Part shown: positions 9,683-18,969 of the stretch, piece by piece | Numbering within the stretch: position 1 is the stretch's first letter | Layout of the letters: each line of letters starts with the position of its first letter | Source of the DNA: a bacterium | GTDB lineage: Bacteria > Patescibacteriota > Minisyncoccia > UBA6257 > UBA9933 | Length of the DNA: 64,000 nt | Direction: 5' to 3' | Assembly (NCBI GenBank): GCA_030693235.1 | Contig: JAUYBE010000016.1 | Span: 35,917 to 99,916, forward strand | Notes under the pieces: model-generated | The model's input: the letters and a program-made list of their open reading frames with translations, nothing else | Told to the model about the DNA's origin: nothing | Database searches by the model: none | Program-made: the position numbers and the translations under genes

Positions 9683-10945
9683 CTATTGCGGTACGATTCT
9701 TACGGAAGCCGAACCTTTAATTATGGTTCCGTTTGTTATTCGACCTACTAAATTTGTTTTGGTACTAGTTGCGGTTAATTGTAGCGCTTGCGTGGATACA
9801 TGGACTGTAAGGTCAATAAATCCATCTCCATTGATGTCACTATAACTTGTCATAGGCTGGCCGTTGTTTTTTAACTTTACTGGTGCATTTGCAACATTGA
9901 TTGTAGTTGCGTCGATTTGCCTGACATCGAATGTCGCGGAACCGAGGATCGCGACAGGTACAACTCCATTAGATTTCAAATTAATACTGTTCGGATAGTT
10001 GCCGGGCTTGATATCTATTGCCACTGGAATAAAAGAACTGATGGTGCCGGTAGCTACTATGGTGATGCCGTAACCCCGACTTGGTATCTGGCTTACTGAA
10101 ATGTTCTGCGCCAAAAGCATGGTCGTGCTCCCTGTTTGGAACGTAAGGCTATAGGTTGCGGTCGGAGAAGCCCCAACTTCAGGAATGGCCGTAAAGATAT
10201 AATCGCCTGTTTTCTGAACTGGCCAATACACTACATCCTCCGGTTTACCATCGGACCCAAGCTCGCTTTCCGAGTAGTACAATTCTCCAGTCACTTCTCG
10301 GAGAAATTCTTCGTCGGTTTGAATTGCGGTCGTTGCAGTAATGGTAAAGCCATCAGGATCTGTAACGACAAGATCAATCGGGGAGCCGGCTTGCAAAGAG
10401 CCGCCGATGGCGGGGCTAAGGGCTACGCGCCGTAGATCTTGGCTTGCGACAAATCCAATTCTTGCCTCAAACTCTACTTTGGTGGTACTACGAATACCCT
10501 GTTGAGGTGAAAACGCCTCTACAATATCAAACGTTACATTATCACCAACATACATCGCAACATGATCTTTTATGCCATTGCTATTTTTATCAAGAAATAA
10601 CAAATCGCCCGGCTGTAAATCATTTTCAGTTATTGCTTCTGAATTATTTTTATATTGCCCATCCGCTCCATCATAACGAATCACATTGCGCAAAAGATTC
10701 CTTTTGGGGTCAAAAGAACGGTTAAATGCCCATTGTACTAATCCAGAACAATCAAGACCCGCTCCAAAATCTATTGTTCTAATCTTATTGTTCCAGAAAT
10801 TATAGCCGTTGAAAATCAAATTTACGGCTACGTATTCTCTCCGTAAAAGATCCCAACCTTTCCCGCCATAAGTATCGCCATCTCCAATATAAGGAGCATT
10901 AATAACAAGTTTCGCTAAATTTGCGGCTTTAGTAGATAAGGGCAA
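9683..10945 (-). CDS. NlpC/P60 peptidase domain plus Ig-like C-terminal domains (3' half of a gene split by an amber stop)
   Basis: LDCSGLV, QPGDLLF and DHVAMYVG motifs; in frame with the upstream ORF. Confidence 0.75.
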   Translation of the reverse strand: MPLSTKAANLAKLVINAPYIGDGDTYGGKGWDLLRREYVAVNLIFNGYNFWNNKIRTIDFGAGLDCSGLVQWAFNRSFDPKRNLLRNVIRYDGADGQYKNNSEAITENDLQPGDLLFLDKNSNGIKDHVAMYVGDNVTFDIVEAFSPQQGIRSTTKVEFEARIGFVASQDLRRVALSPAIGGSLQAGSPIDLVVTDPDGFTITATTAIQTDEEFLREVTGELYYSESELGSDGKPEDVVYWPVQKTGDYIFTAIPEVGASPTATYSLTFQTGSTTMLLAQNISVSQIPSRGYGITIVATGTISSFIPVAIDIKPGNYPNSINLKSNGVVPVAILGSATFDVRQIDATTINVANAPVKLKNNGQPMTSYSDINGDGFIDLTVHVSTQALQLTATSTKTNLVGRITNGTIIKGSASVRIVPQ

Positions 10946-10987
10946 CTGTATTTCAAAATCAATATTTCCCGCTGTGCCGAATTCCTG

Positions 10988-12085
10988 CTATTGTGAAGTA
11001 TTACCCTGCGAATCAACCGCTCTTGCTCGCCATTTATAATCTCCATCTGTTAAATTAGATTTTGTAATAACCGCTTCGCTGCCGGAGTTTACAAAATTGC
11101 TTTCTATTAAATTTTGCTCGTTAAATGGTTGATTAAATTCTTTGAGTTCTATTTGAAGTTTAGCTTGGTCATTATTTGGATCATTAAGAACGGTTTTAAA
11201 AATTACGGTTGAATCAGTAGTGATTGTATTTTCAATGATTTGAGTTTGGCCGTCGGATTTAAATTGTCCAAGATTGGAAATAGCCGGCGGCTGATTCAAC
11301 GGAGAAACTGCTAAATTGTAATAATAAGCAATTTCTTCGGCTGAACGAGCAACTTTGGAAATTCTGATTTCGTCAATTATGCCCTGCATTCTCCCTTGAG
11401 AACTTTGATAACCTCCGCCCCAAGTATGACTATTAATGTATAAAGGATCAGGAGTAGTAACTATTAAATTTGGAGAATAAGTACTTACTGCTTCTAATAT
11501 ACCATTAACATAAACCCTAGAATAACTCCCATCATAAGTAGAAACTACATAATACCACTGATTAGGTTCAAACCAACGAGTACTAATAGACGCGCCACCA
11601 AAATTACCGTTAAAATTCAATTGATTAAAACTAGTTGCACTTGCGCACCAACCTTCTTGATTTCGCATAATCTTTAAACTATAAGCATTGCTTTCGTCTC
11701 CCTTGCCCTTCTGGACGAAAGATTCATTATTTGCCCAGCATCCTAAATCAAACCCCGTAGGATAAACCCATGCCTCAATAGTAATTTGAGACAAATCTCT
11801 TAAAGAAGGATTGTCAGGAACAGTAATATAATCACCAATACCATTAAAATATCTGGCTTTGCCGAATTTACCATCTGTAATTGTCGTACCAATGGCAGTT
11901 CCATTATTTACTCCGGTTTCATCGGTTACTGTGGTGCCGAAAATATCATTAAATCTCCACAAGGCAACCGTATCTGCGTCAACGTTGAATAAATTTTGAG
12001 GGCTTACAACTTGAGCATTAACAAAATCAAAATAAATAATACTTAACGATAAAATAATAAAGATAAATATAAATTTTTTAAACAT
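10988..12085 (-). CDS. Secreted LamG/concanavalin-like domain protein (5' half)
   Basis: Signal peptide; ALWRF, GKFGKA, ITIEAWV, YVNG and GIIDEIRIS motifs. Confidence 0.8.
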   Translation of the reverse strand: MFKKFIFIFIILSLSIIYFDFVNAQVVSPQNLFNVDADTVALWRFNDIFGTTVTDETGVNNGTAIGTTITDGKFGKARYFNGIGDYITVPDNPSLRDLSQITIEAWVYPTGFDLGCWANNESFVQKGKGDESNAYSLKIMRNQEGWCASATSFNQLNFNGNFGGASISTRWFEPNQWYYVVSTYDGSYSRVYVNGILEAVSTYSPNLIVTTPDPLYINSHTWGGGYQSSQGRMQGIIDEIRISKVARSAEEIAYYYNLAVSPLNQPPAISNLGQFKSDGQTQIIENTITTDSTVIFKTVLNDPNNDQAKLQIELKEFNQPFNEQNLIESNFVNSGSEAVITKSNLTDGDYKWRARAVDSQGNTSQ

Positions 12086-12114
12086 AATTTTATTATAATC
12101 CGACTTTTTATAAT

Positions 12115-12729
12115 TTAATTTTTTTCCGCTAAAACAAAAATTGAATGAGAAATTGGATAAATTCGACCGTAATAACCAATTTTAACGGGCGTTAAATTGT
12201 TTTTATTTAATAAATCCAATAATGTCTTTTTAGAAAAGAACCTAATATGTGCGCCAGTCGGATTAAAATGTTTATTAAAAGCAAAAAATGTAATTAATAA
12301 ATTCTTAATAAATCCATGATAGGGAGTCGTAAATAATACTTTCCCGTCGGGCCGCAAAACGCGCGCAATTTCTTTAAAAGCGTTTTCGGTATCATAAATA
12401 TGTTCAATAACCTCCGAAGAAAAAATAAAATCAACGGAATTATCTTTTACTGGAAATTTTTCACCGTCGTTAACTTTATAAAATTCAACGTCTGACAAAT
12501 CTTTTTCCGCCTGTTCTATTGCTGTTTCAGAAACATCTAATCCGATTAATTTTGCCTTTTGATTTATTTTCTTAATTTCTCCCAAGATTTTCCCGTTGCC
12601 GCAACCAAAATCAACAATCATACTGCCTCCCAATGGAATAAATTTTTTTAATTTAGGCCATTTAAGCGAAAAGTCGCTTAAATAATCATTTTGCCCTTCC
12701 CAATAATTTTCATAAAATTGCTTAGTCAT
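12115..12729 (-). CDS. Class I SAM-dependent methyltransferase
   Basis: VDFGCGNG, EVIEH and RVLRPDG motifs. Confidence 0.88.
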   Translation of the reverse strand: MTKQFYENYWEGQNDYLSDFSLKWPKLKKFIPLGGSMIVDFGCGNGKILGEIKKINQKAKLIGLDVSETAIEQAEKDLSDVEFYKVNDGEKFPVKDNSVDFIFSSEVIEHIYDTENAFKEIARVLRPDGKVLFTTPYHGFIKNLLITFFAFNKHFNPTGAHIRFFSKKTLLDLLNKNNLTPVKIGYYGRIYPISHSIFVLAEKN

Positions 12730-12816
12730 ATTGTCATTAAAATCACTTCAAAATTTTCAAAAACTTGTTGTTTTTTATCCATTAATGAATTATAGTTCTT
12801 TAAATTTAAAAAACAG

Positions 12817-13707
12817 TTATTGCTTTGATTTATTTTTTGCTTCATAAAGCTTCGCGTCAACCAAAAACCTGTACCAACATCCCTGTAAAAAATGAAATAT
12901 CAAGCCTTCTTTGCCGTCTAAAAACCCCAAACGGAAAAAATAGCGATAAATAAAATATAGAAAAACTCGTAAAAATTTAGGGAATTTATAATAAAAATTT
13001 CTTTTTTTACCGGCGCCGTAATCTTTTCTTAATACGTCTTCCGCTTCGCGGCTGGAATAATTATTATGCTTGGCAATCCAATCCGCTAACGGCTTTTTAT
13101 TATCGTCAATAAAATCATTTTTCAATTTTTCCGCTTTTCCTTCCGATAGAATAATGTGTTCATCCATCGCGCGTTGTTCCGAGCGCGCTTTGCCCTTCTT
13201 AAAAAGCCGCAAAATCCAAGTCGGATAATATCCGCCGTGTTTTATCCAGCGTCCCATAAAATATACGCGGCGTTTCATATAATAGCCGTTAATTTTTTGG
13301 ACATCCGATGTCCTAACATTAACGTCAATATTTGGGACATCTGATGTCCCCATATTGAACAATGTTTCGCCAATTTCTTGTTTAAGTTCTTCTGTCAAAT
13401 ATTCATCCGCGTCCAAGCGTAAAATCCACTCATTTTTAATTTTCAAATTATCCAGCGCCCAATTGAATTGCTGGGCCTGATTCTCAAATTTATGCTGAAC
13501 TACCTTCACAGACCCACGCTGACTGTCCGCGTTGGTCCGCGTTAAGTCCGCGTTAGTCAGCGCTTTGGCGATTTCCAAAGTTTTATCAGTGGAATAAGAA
13601 TCAACAACAAAAATCTCATCCGCCCAATCAGCGATATTTTTCATTAACCGCTCAATATGAATTTCTTCGTTGTAAGTTAAAATTATTATTGAAAGAGGAA
13701 TTTTCAT
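12817..13707 (-). CDS. GT2 glycosyltransferase with two repeat-derived in-frame insertions
   Basis: ILTYNEE, VDSYSTDKT and LDADE motifs. Confidence 0.9.
   Translation of the reverse strand: MKIPLSIIILTYNEEIHIERLMKNIADWADEIFVVDSYSTDKTLEIAKALTNADLTRTNADSQRGSVKVVQHKFENQAQQFNWALDNLKIKNEWILRLDADEYLTEELKQEIGETLFNMGTSDVPNIDVNVRTSDVQKINGYYMKRRVYFMGRWIKHGGYYPTWILRLFKKGKARSEQRAMDEHIILSEGKAEKLKNDFIDDNKKPLADWIAKHNNYSSREAEDVLRKDYGAGKKRNFYYKFPKFLRVFLYFIYRYFFRLGFLDGKEGLIFHFLQGCWYRFLVDAKLYEAKNKSKQ
13299..13350. repeat. Family D double hairpin GGACATCCGATGTCC, in frame in GT2
   Basis: Near-identical 52-nt copy at 30949-30999. Confidence 0.85.
13508..13563. repeat. Family B (ACGCGGAC) inverted array, in frame in GT2
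   Basis: Encodes LTNADLTRTNADSQRGSV. Confidence 0.8.
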
Positions 13708-13718
13708 AAATTTTTCGT

Positions 13719-14771
13719 TTACTTAAAATAATTTTCAGCCGCGAATTTATATTGCTGAATAAATAATTCTTTAAATGCCCTGATATTATTTTGTTCATAA
13801 AAAAGTATTGTTGTTTTTTTGTAATCCGCTTCATCAACGCTTCTGTAAGAAAGCGGACAAATATTATGCGCTAAAAGAATGGCATTCCCGACAAGTCGCG
13901 CCGTTCTTTTATTGCCGTCTTCGAAGGGTTGAATATAAGACATCAAAAGCACCGCAATAAGCGCTTTTACGAAAGGATTTGACATTTTATTTATCAATGC
14001 TGTCGCGTTTTCCATTGCTTCACGCAATTGATATTCATTATCCAACGGCTTATATTTCGCGCCGACAACGCCAACGGCACGTTTTCTTATGTTATAAGAA
14101 ACATTTAATCCGGCAACCAATAAACGATGAATATCGCTTATTTTTCTAATTGTTATTTTTTTAAAATCGCTTTTATTGGCGAAAATATAATCAAGCGCTT
14201 TTTTGTGATTTAGAATCATTATCGCCTCTTCTTTTTTGTGCCCCCTGGCTTCTTTGCGCTCTTTAATAAGAATCTCCGTGTCTATCAAAGAATAAGTATT
14301 GCCTTCTATTTGAGAAGATTTCCAACTCAATTCAATCGTCAATCGCTCAAATTCTTTTTTTAAAATCGCCGGAGATAATTTTTTGATTCTTTTAATATAA
14401 TCATCTTTTATTTTTTGCAAATCAGCTAATTCATCTTCGCTTAAAATATTATTCAAGTCTTTAAAAACGCCGAAATTAAATCTTTCAAAAGCCACCCGCC
14501 TTTCATCCGGTCCTTTTTTAAAATATTCATCAATATCAATATAACCAAGCAATTTGCTTTCAACGGCTTCCTGATAATAGACCCCTCGGCCTTTGCCGAT
14601 TTTTTTAATCAATCCGTTATTCGCAAGAATATTGATATCTCTGACAACAGTAATTCTGGAAAGTTCTCCGAATATTTTTTCCGCATAATTTTTAATTTCT
14701 TTATTGCCGGCTTTCCCGCTTTTTCTAATAAATTCAAGAATTTTAAATTGACGAGCAGTTAATTTTTCCAT
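13719..14771 (-). CDS. Fic family protein with N-terminal winged HTH
   Basis: SSQIEGNT and QPFEDGNKRTAR motifs; N-terminal SRITVVRDINIL helix-turn-helix. Confidence 0.88.
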   Translation of the reverse strand: MEKLTARQFKILEFIRKSGKAGNKEIKNYAEKIFGELSRITVVRDINILANNGLIKKIGKGRGVYYQEAVESKLLGYIDIDEYFKKGPDERRVAFERFNFGVFKDLNNILSEDELADLQKIKDDYIKRIKKLSPAILKKEFERLTIELSWKSSQIEGNTYSLIDTEILIKERKEARGHKKEEAIMILNHKKALDYIFANKSDFKKITIRKISDIHRLLVAGLNVSYNIRKRAVGVVGAKYKPLDNEYQLREAMENATALINKMSNPFVKALIAVLLMSYIQPFEDGNKRTARLVGNAILLAHNICPLSYRSVDEADYKKTTILFYEQNNIRAFKELFIQQYKFAAENYFK

Positions 14772-14778
14772 CTTTTTA

Positions 14779-14822
14779 TAATTGTATCATTATTTATCAA
14801 TAATTGTATCATTTTGATACAA
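14779..14822. promoter_or_regulatory. Probable operator upstream of the HTH-Fic gene
   Basis: Perfect inverted repeat TTGTATCA-ttt-TGATACAA plus a direct repeat of TAATTGTATCATT. Confidence 0.55.
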
Positions 14823-14907
14823 TAAATACAACGATGTTTTTCAATAACCGCTCAATATGAATTTCTTCATTGTAGGTTAAAATTATGACGCTGACGGGGA
14901 GTTTCAT
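14809..14907 (-). pseudogene. Duplicated 5' end of the GT2 gene (32 aa)
   Basis: MKLPVSVIILTYNEEIHIERLLKNI versus MKIPLSIIILTYNEEIHIERLMKNI. Confidence 0.85.
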
Positions 14908-14909
14908 AT

Positions 14910-15614
14910 TTAATATTTTTTATTTCTATTTTTAATTGTTTTTGTCACCCAATCATCCAATAAATCGCAGTTTGGAATAATGCAATGACCGCCGATTTTA
15001 CCGGACATTGCTCTTAAAATCGGCCGAATAACATTTAATTTGCCTAATTTTCTGTACCCCTCATTATAATCTTGATTGGCGATTGTATAAGCTTCATCAA
15101 AATCCAATTTTAATTTATCACTTATTCTTTTTACTTCTTTGGCAAAAATTATATTCCAACCATAATAAGTCGTGTCTAAAATTTTTAGCAGCTCTGTGGT
15201 TTCCGACTTTTTAAAACGCTTTGTTTTTATGCCTATTTTTGAAAAATATCGCGCCGCTTCTTTGGCTTTTTCTCCGCCGAAATATTTTACAAAAGTTTTA
15301 ATCCCTTTTTCCAAGCGGGGATGCACGCCGCGAACAGGGCTATGCACGGCAAAAGAAGATATTTTTTGCGTTGTCCCGACAGGAATTGTTGAATGAATTA
15401 TAACTAACTTAGGATTATATTCCTTAATATAATTTTTAGTAATATTTATAAAATTTTTAACGGGGGGATAACAAATGTGCAGAATATCAAAATCCCCTTT
15501 TAAATCGCTGTCTTTATCTCTAATAGAAATATCATAATGCTTTTTTAAAACATTAAAGAGAGCGCTCCCTATTTCTCCCCTGCCTATAATTAAATGTTTT
15601 TTATTTTTTTTCAT
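14910..15614 (-). CDS. Short UDP-glucose/GDP-mannose dehydrogenase-family protein
   Basis: IGRGEIG, HSTIPVGTT, ELLK and IGGHC motifs; C-terminal domain absent. Confidence 0.7.
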   Translation of the reverse strand: MKKNKKHLIIGRGEIGSALFNVLKKHYDISIRDKDSDLKGDFDILHICYPPVKNFINITKNYIKEYNPKLVIIHSTIPVGTTQKISSFAVHSPVRGVHPRLEKGIKTFVKYFGGEKAKEAARYFSKIGIKTKRFKKSETTELLKILDTTYYGWNIIFAKEVKRISDKLKLDFDEAYTIANQDYNEGYRKLGKLNVIRPILRAMSGKIGGHCIIPNCDLLDDWVTKTIKNRNKKY

Positions 15615-16779
15615 TAATAATAGATTGATATTCTTCTAAGAATTTTTTGGAAATTTTATCTTCTGAAAATTCTCCTTCAACAAGAATTTTACCATTTTCC
15701 CCCATTTTTTTACCCATACCGGCGTTTTCTAACAACGAAATAATCGCCTCACTCAATTCAGCCTCATTTTTCTCAACAACAATGCCGGCTTTAGCGCTCA
15801 CAATATAAGAAGAAATTCCAACCCCTTTTGTAACTACCACGGGCTTGCCCACGGACATCGCTTCAACTACAGACATTCCAAAGCTTTCCGAATACGAAGG
15901 CATAACAAAAATATTACTGTCTTGAAGGGCCGCAATTTTTTCTCCTCCCGCAAGCATACCGGCAAATAACACGCTTTTATCTAATTGGTATCTTCCGATA
16001 AGCTCATTAATTGTTTTTTTAAATCCATCATCTCCTCCCGCGATAACAAGAATCGCTTCGGGATGTTTTTTGACAACTGTCTTAAACGCCGGGACAAGAG
16101 TGTCAAATCCTTTTATCCAGCTCAATCTTCCTAAATATATTACGATTTTTTTATCGTCAGATATATTAAATTTCTTTCTAAAATAACCGCTAGGAAAATT
16201 TTCCGCTATTTTTTCTAATTTAACAATATTTGGAAGAACAATAGATTTTTTCATTGGAAATTTCCCTTTAATATATTCTTCCTCCTCTGTTGGAACAGTA
16301 AAATGAATCGCGGCCGCGCCTCGTAAATTTCTTTTTTCAATCAGCCAATTATATATGGATTTTTTGAAATTTTTCTTTCCCAACGGACTTAGCATAAGAT
16401 TGCCTCTGGGTGAAATGATATACGGTTTTTTAAATTTCTTCGCGTAATACGCGCCAAGCGTTGAAGCGGAAAGAAAAACAGAAGTGATATGAATTAAATC
16501 AAATTGTCCAGAATTTTTCGCAAGAGCTTTATGTAAATCGCGCGAATAAAACCAAGCGCGGGGAAAAGAACTTTTAAAATAAAAAACTTTCACTCCGTCT
16601 ACCATAACCGGTACTCCGGTAGGCGCATTTAAATCATTCGGACCGTCAATATTGGTCGTATAAACAGTCACTTCAGCGCCGGCTTTTGCCAATCCGACAT
16701 TCAAGCTATGGACGCTTTCAATCGGCCCGCCATAACGATGAGCCGGAATATAACTAGGAACTATGTGTAAAATTTTCAT
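15601..16779 (-). CDS. GT4 glycosyltransferase
   Basis: YGGP, LGRL...KG and ESFGMSVVEAM motifs. Confidence 0.9.
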   Translation of the reverse strand: MKILHIVPSYIPAHRYGGPIESVHSLNVGLAKAGAEVTVYTTNIDGPNDLNAPTGVPVMVDGVKVFYFKSSFPRAWFYSRDLHKALAKNSGQFDLIHITSVFLSASTLGAYYAKKFKKPYIISPRGNLMLSPLGKKNFKKSIYNWLIEKRNLRGAAAIHFTVPTEEEEYIKGKFPMKKSIVLPNIVKLEKIAENFPSGYFRKKFNISDDKKIVIYLGRLSWIKGFDTLVPAFKTVVKKHPEAILVIAGGDDGFKKTINELIGRYQLDKSVLFAGMLAGGEKIAALQDSNIFVMPSYSESFGMSVVEAMSVGKPVVVTKGVGISSYIVSAKAGIVVEKNEAELSEAIISLLENAGMGKKMGENGKILVEGEFSEDKISKKFLEEYQSIINEKK

Positions 16780-18067
16780 TTTTTCGCTTTATTAAAAAAT
16801 AATGTATTATCAGCAATAATATAAAAATTTTGACCAATCCCGCGTAAACCGGCGCAATCCAATCTTCCATTCCCTTGATAATATTAAGCCATAAAATACT
16901 ATAAATCATTACTCCCGAGAACGAGATGCCGGTTCTTTTGATAAGATATTCATAAATCAAACGAAACAGCATTCCCATAAAAAACATTCCGAAAATAATG
17001 CCTAAAACGCCAAAATTCATATACCAGTCGCCAACAATAGTCACCCCAACGGTTGATTTTACGCTCGGCGCTAAAAGACCCGAACGGTGTCCAAAGTCGC
17101 CGCCTCCGCTGATAATGGGCTTATTCGTCCAAATAAATCGAGGGGGTCCCAAGCTGATAAAAAAATTCAATAATGGTTTGCCGTACAATAAAGGCTCATC
17201 CATTTCAACAATTCTTGAGAAAACAGTAAATTGGTCTATTCTGGAAAAAATACTGTCAAAAGTAAGGTTGCCCGCGTTTTTAGCATAAGTCAAAGAATTT
17301 TCTATGTTTTCAATTGGTCTTTCCGCCAATGAATAATGGCGTAAAATTTCCGGACTTCGGCAAGCATTGCCAAGTGGAAATACTACAATTATTGCTCCTA
17401 AAATTATAATAACAATCTGTTGCCAAGTAACGCGTGAAAAATAAGATTTCAATATAAGATAAAGAATAATCGGCATTATTACGGAAGTTCGATTGCATGA
17501 CGGCAAAGTGTAAACCATTTCCAATATAAATGTTCCCCAGGCTATTTTTTGCCACAAACGATAACGCGCGTCGTTGTTTTTTTTGAAATAAAAATAACTT
17601 GTAAACGCAATAATCAGGGCGACATAAGACAACCAATCAAAAATTCCAAGCAAGCTGTAAAAAGGACTATTTTGAAACCATGGATTTTGTTGCCAATAAG
17701 AATAAACTCCGCCGAAAATTCTTAAAATTTTTATACCCAAGCCCAAAACAAAGACAACCCCAAAAACCCAAAACGCTTTTTTAAAATCCCACTCTGAATC
17801 TAATTTTAAAAATTTAGGTAGCCGTCCGGCAATAGAAGATGTTTGGCGATTATAATACCCGATCGCAAAAAAAATAAGGCCAAGAGTTAGATAAAAAAGC
17901 GCCTTATAATAAACAACTGAATTTTCCCATAAAAATCCGCGAACGCCGAAAAAAAACAAAATTGACGTAAAATAAAAAATAAAAAAATAATACAATATGA
18001 CGGAATTGCCAAGTTCAAAAAAATCAAAAGATTTTACCTTATTTTTGAGCCAAACCGCTATTTTCAT
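16754..18067 (-). CDS. Probable Wzy polysaccharide polymerase
   Basis: Many TM segments; PRFIWTNKP and GDWYMNFGVLG motifs. Confidence 0.7.
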   Translation of the reverse strand: MKIAVWLKNKVKSFDFFELGNSVILYYFFIFYFTSILFFFGVRGFLWENSVVYYKALFYLTLGLIFFAIGYYNRQTSSIAGRLPKFLKLDSEWDFKKAFWVFGVVFVLGLGIKILRIFGGVYSYWQQNPWFQNSPFYSLLGIFDWLSYVALIIAFTSYFYFKKNNDARYRLWQKIAWGTFILEMVYTLPSCNRTSVIMPIILYLILKSYFSRVTWQQIVIIILGAIIVVFPLGNACRSPEILRHYSLAERPIENIENSLTYAKNAGNLTFDSIFSRIDQFTVFSRIVEMDEPLLYGKPLLNFFISLGPPRFIWTNKPIISGGGDFGHRSGLLAPSVKSTVGVTIVGDWYMNFGVLGIIFGMFFMGMLFRLIYEYLIKRTGISFSGVMIYSILWLNIIKGMEDWIAPVYAGLVKIFILLLIIHYFLIKRKNENFTHSS

Positions 18068-18959
18068 ATGTAAAATCTGGTATTTTGCCCCTCACTAATG
18101 GATAAAAACGCTTACAGCTGGTACATTTATATGCATCGCCAGATTTCACCAAGGGTTTGCCGCAATTAACACAAATCAAATACTTGATTAGATCTATCTT
18201 TTTATTACGAGAATTTTGAGAAAAAAAGCGGCGAAATAAAAATAAAATTGCCTTATTGAATCGGGTTTTTAAACTCAATTTCCCCGCCTCGGAAGAGCCG
18301 GGCATAGCTGACGGCGGTTCCCAATCAAATTTATATTCCGGATTTAAGATTTGATATTTTATTCCGCCGAACTCTTTGCTCCAATAATATCTGACATGGA
18401 AATTAAACGGGTATTTAGAAAATAAATATGGAGCTATTCCGCGCGCCTTGTTTTTAAAAAGTTTCCACAATTCCTCGTCTTGAATGTGTCCCTTTTTTTT
18501 GCGAATGATAAGCGCACCATCAACGTCGGTTATCTCAAGCATATGAAACCTATAATTAGTTAACCGTTCCATAAATGCATCGGGAACTTCAATATATCCA
18601 GCCCTCCCCACTCTTTGTATTTCCTCTAAAAATTTTTTAGGATCCGCCGAATGCTCCAAAACATGCGAAGCTATTACAAAATCAAACACGCCGTCTTTAA
18701 AGGGCAACCGTTCCGCCCTTGCGAGAATGATCGGCCTATCGGCAATGAGCGCTTCAAAAAACCTTTCTTCGGTTTCTAGATACGCATCGCAAAGCACATT
18801 CGCCCGATAATATGGGTTCCCGCCACTGCCAACATCCAAAACCAAATCGTCTTTTTTGACCGGGCAATAAAGCCGACGCAATGACCACGCAATTGAATCT
18901 TGCCCAATGAATCTAAAAAACCTCATCAAACTGCTCTCTTTTTTAATAATTGTTGACAT
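18039..18959 (-). CDS. Class I SAM methyltransferase with C-terminal Zn-ribbon
   Basis: LDVGSG, SHVLEH; CxxC...CxxC near the C-terminus. Confidence 0.82.
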   Translation of the reverse strand: MSTIIKKESSLMRFFRFIGQDSIAWSLRRLYCPVKKDDLVLDVGSGGNPYYRANVLCDAYLETEERFFEALIADRPIILARAERLPFKDGVFDFVIASHVLEHSADPKKFLEEIQRVGRAGYIEVPDAFMERLTNYRFHMLEITDVDGALIIRKKKGHIQDEELWKLFKNKARGIAPYLFSKYPFNFHVRYYWSKEFGGIKYQILNPEYKFDWEPPSAMPGSSEAGKLSLKTRFNKAILFLFRRFFSQNSRNKKIDLIKYLICVNCGKPLVKSGDAYKCTSCKRFYPLVRGKIPDFTYENSGLAQK

Positions 18960-18969
18960 AAAAAAGTTC

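Noticed and set aside
10988-10990. Alternative genetic code (stop reassignment)
   Set aside because: TAG, TGA and TAA all terminate conserved genes normally elsewhere in the window.
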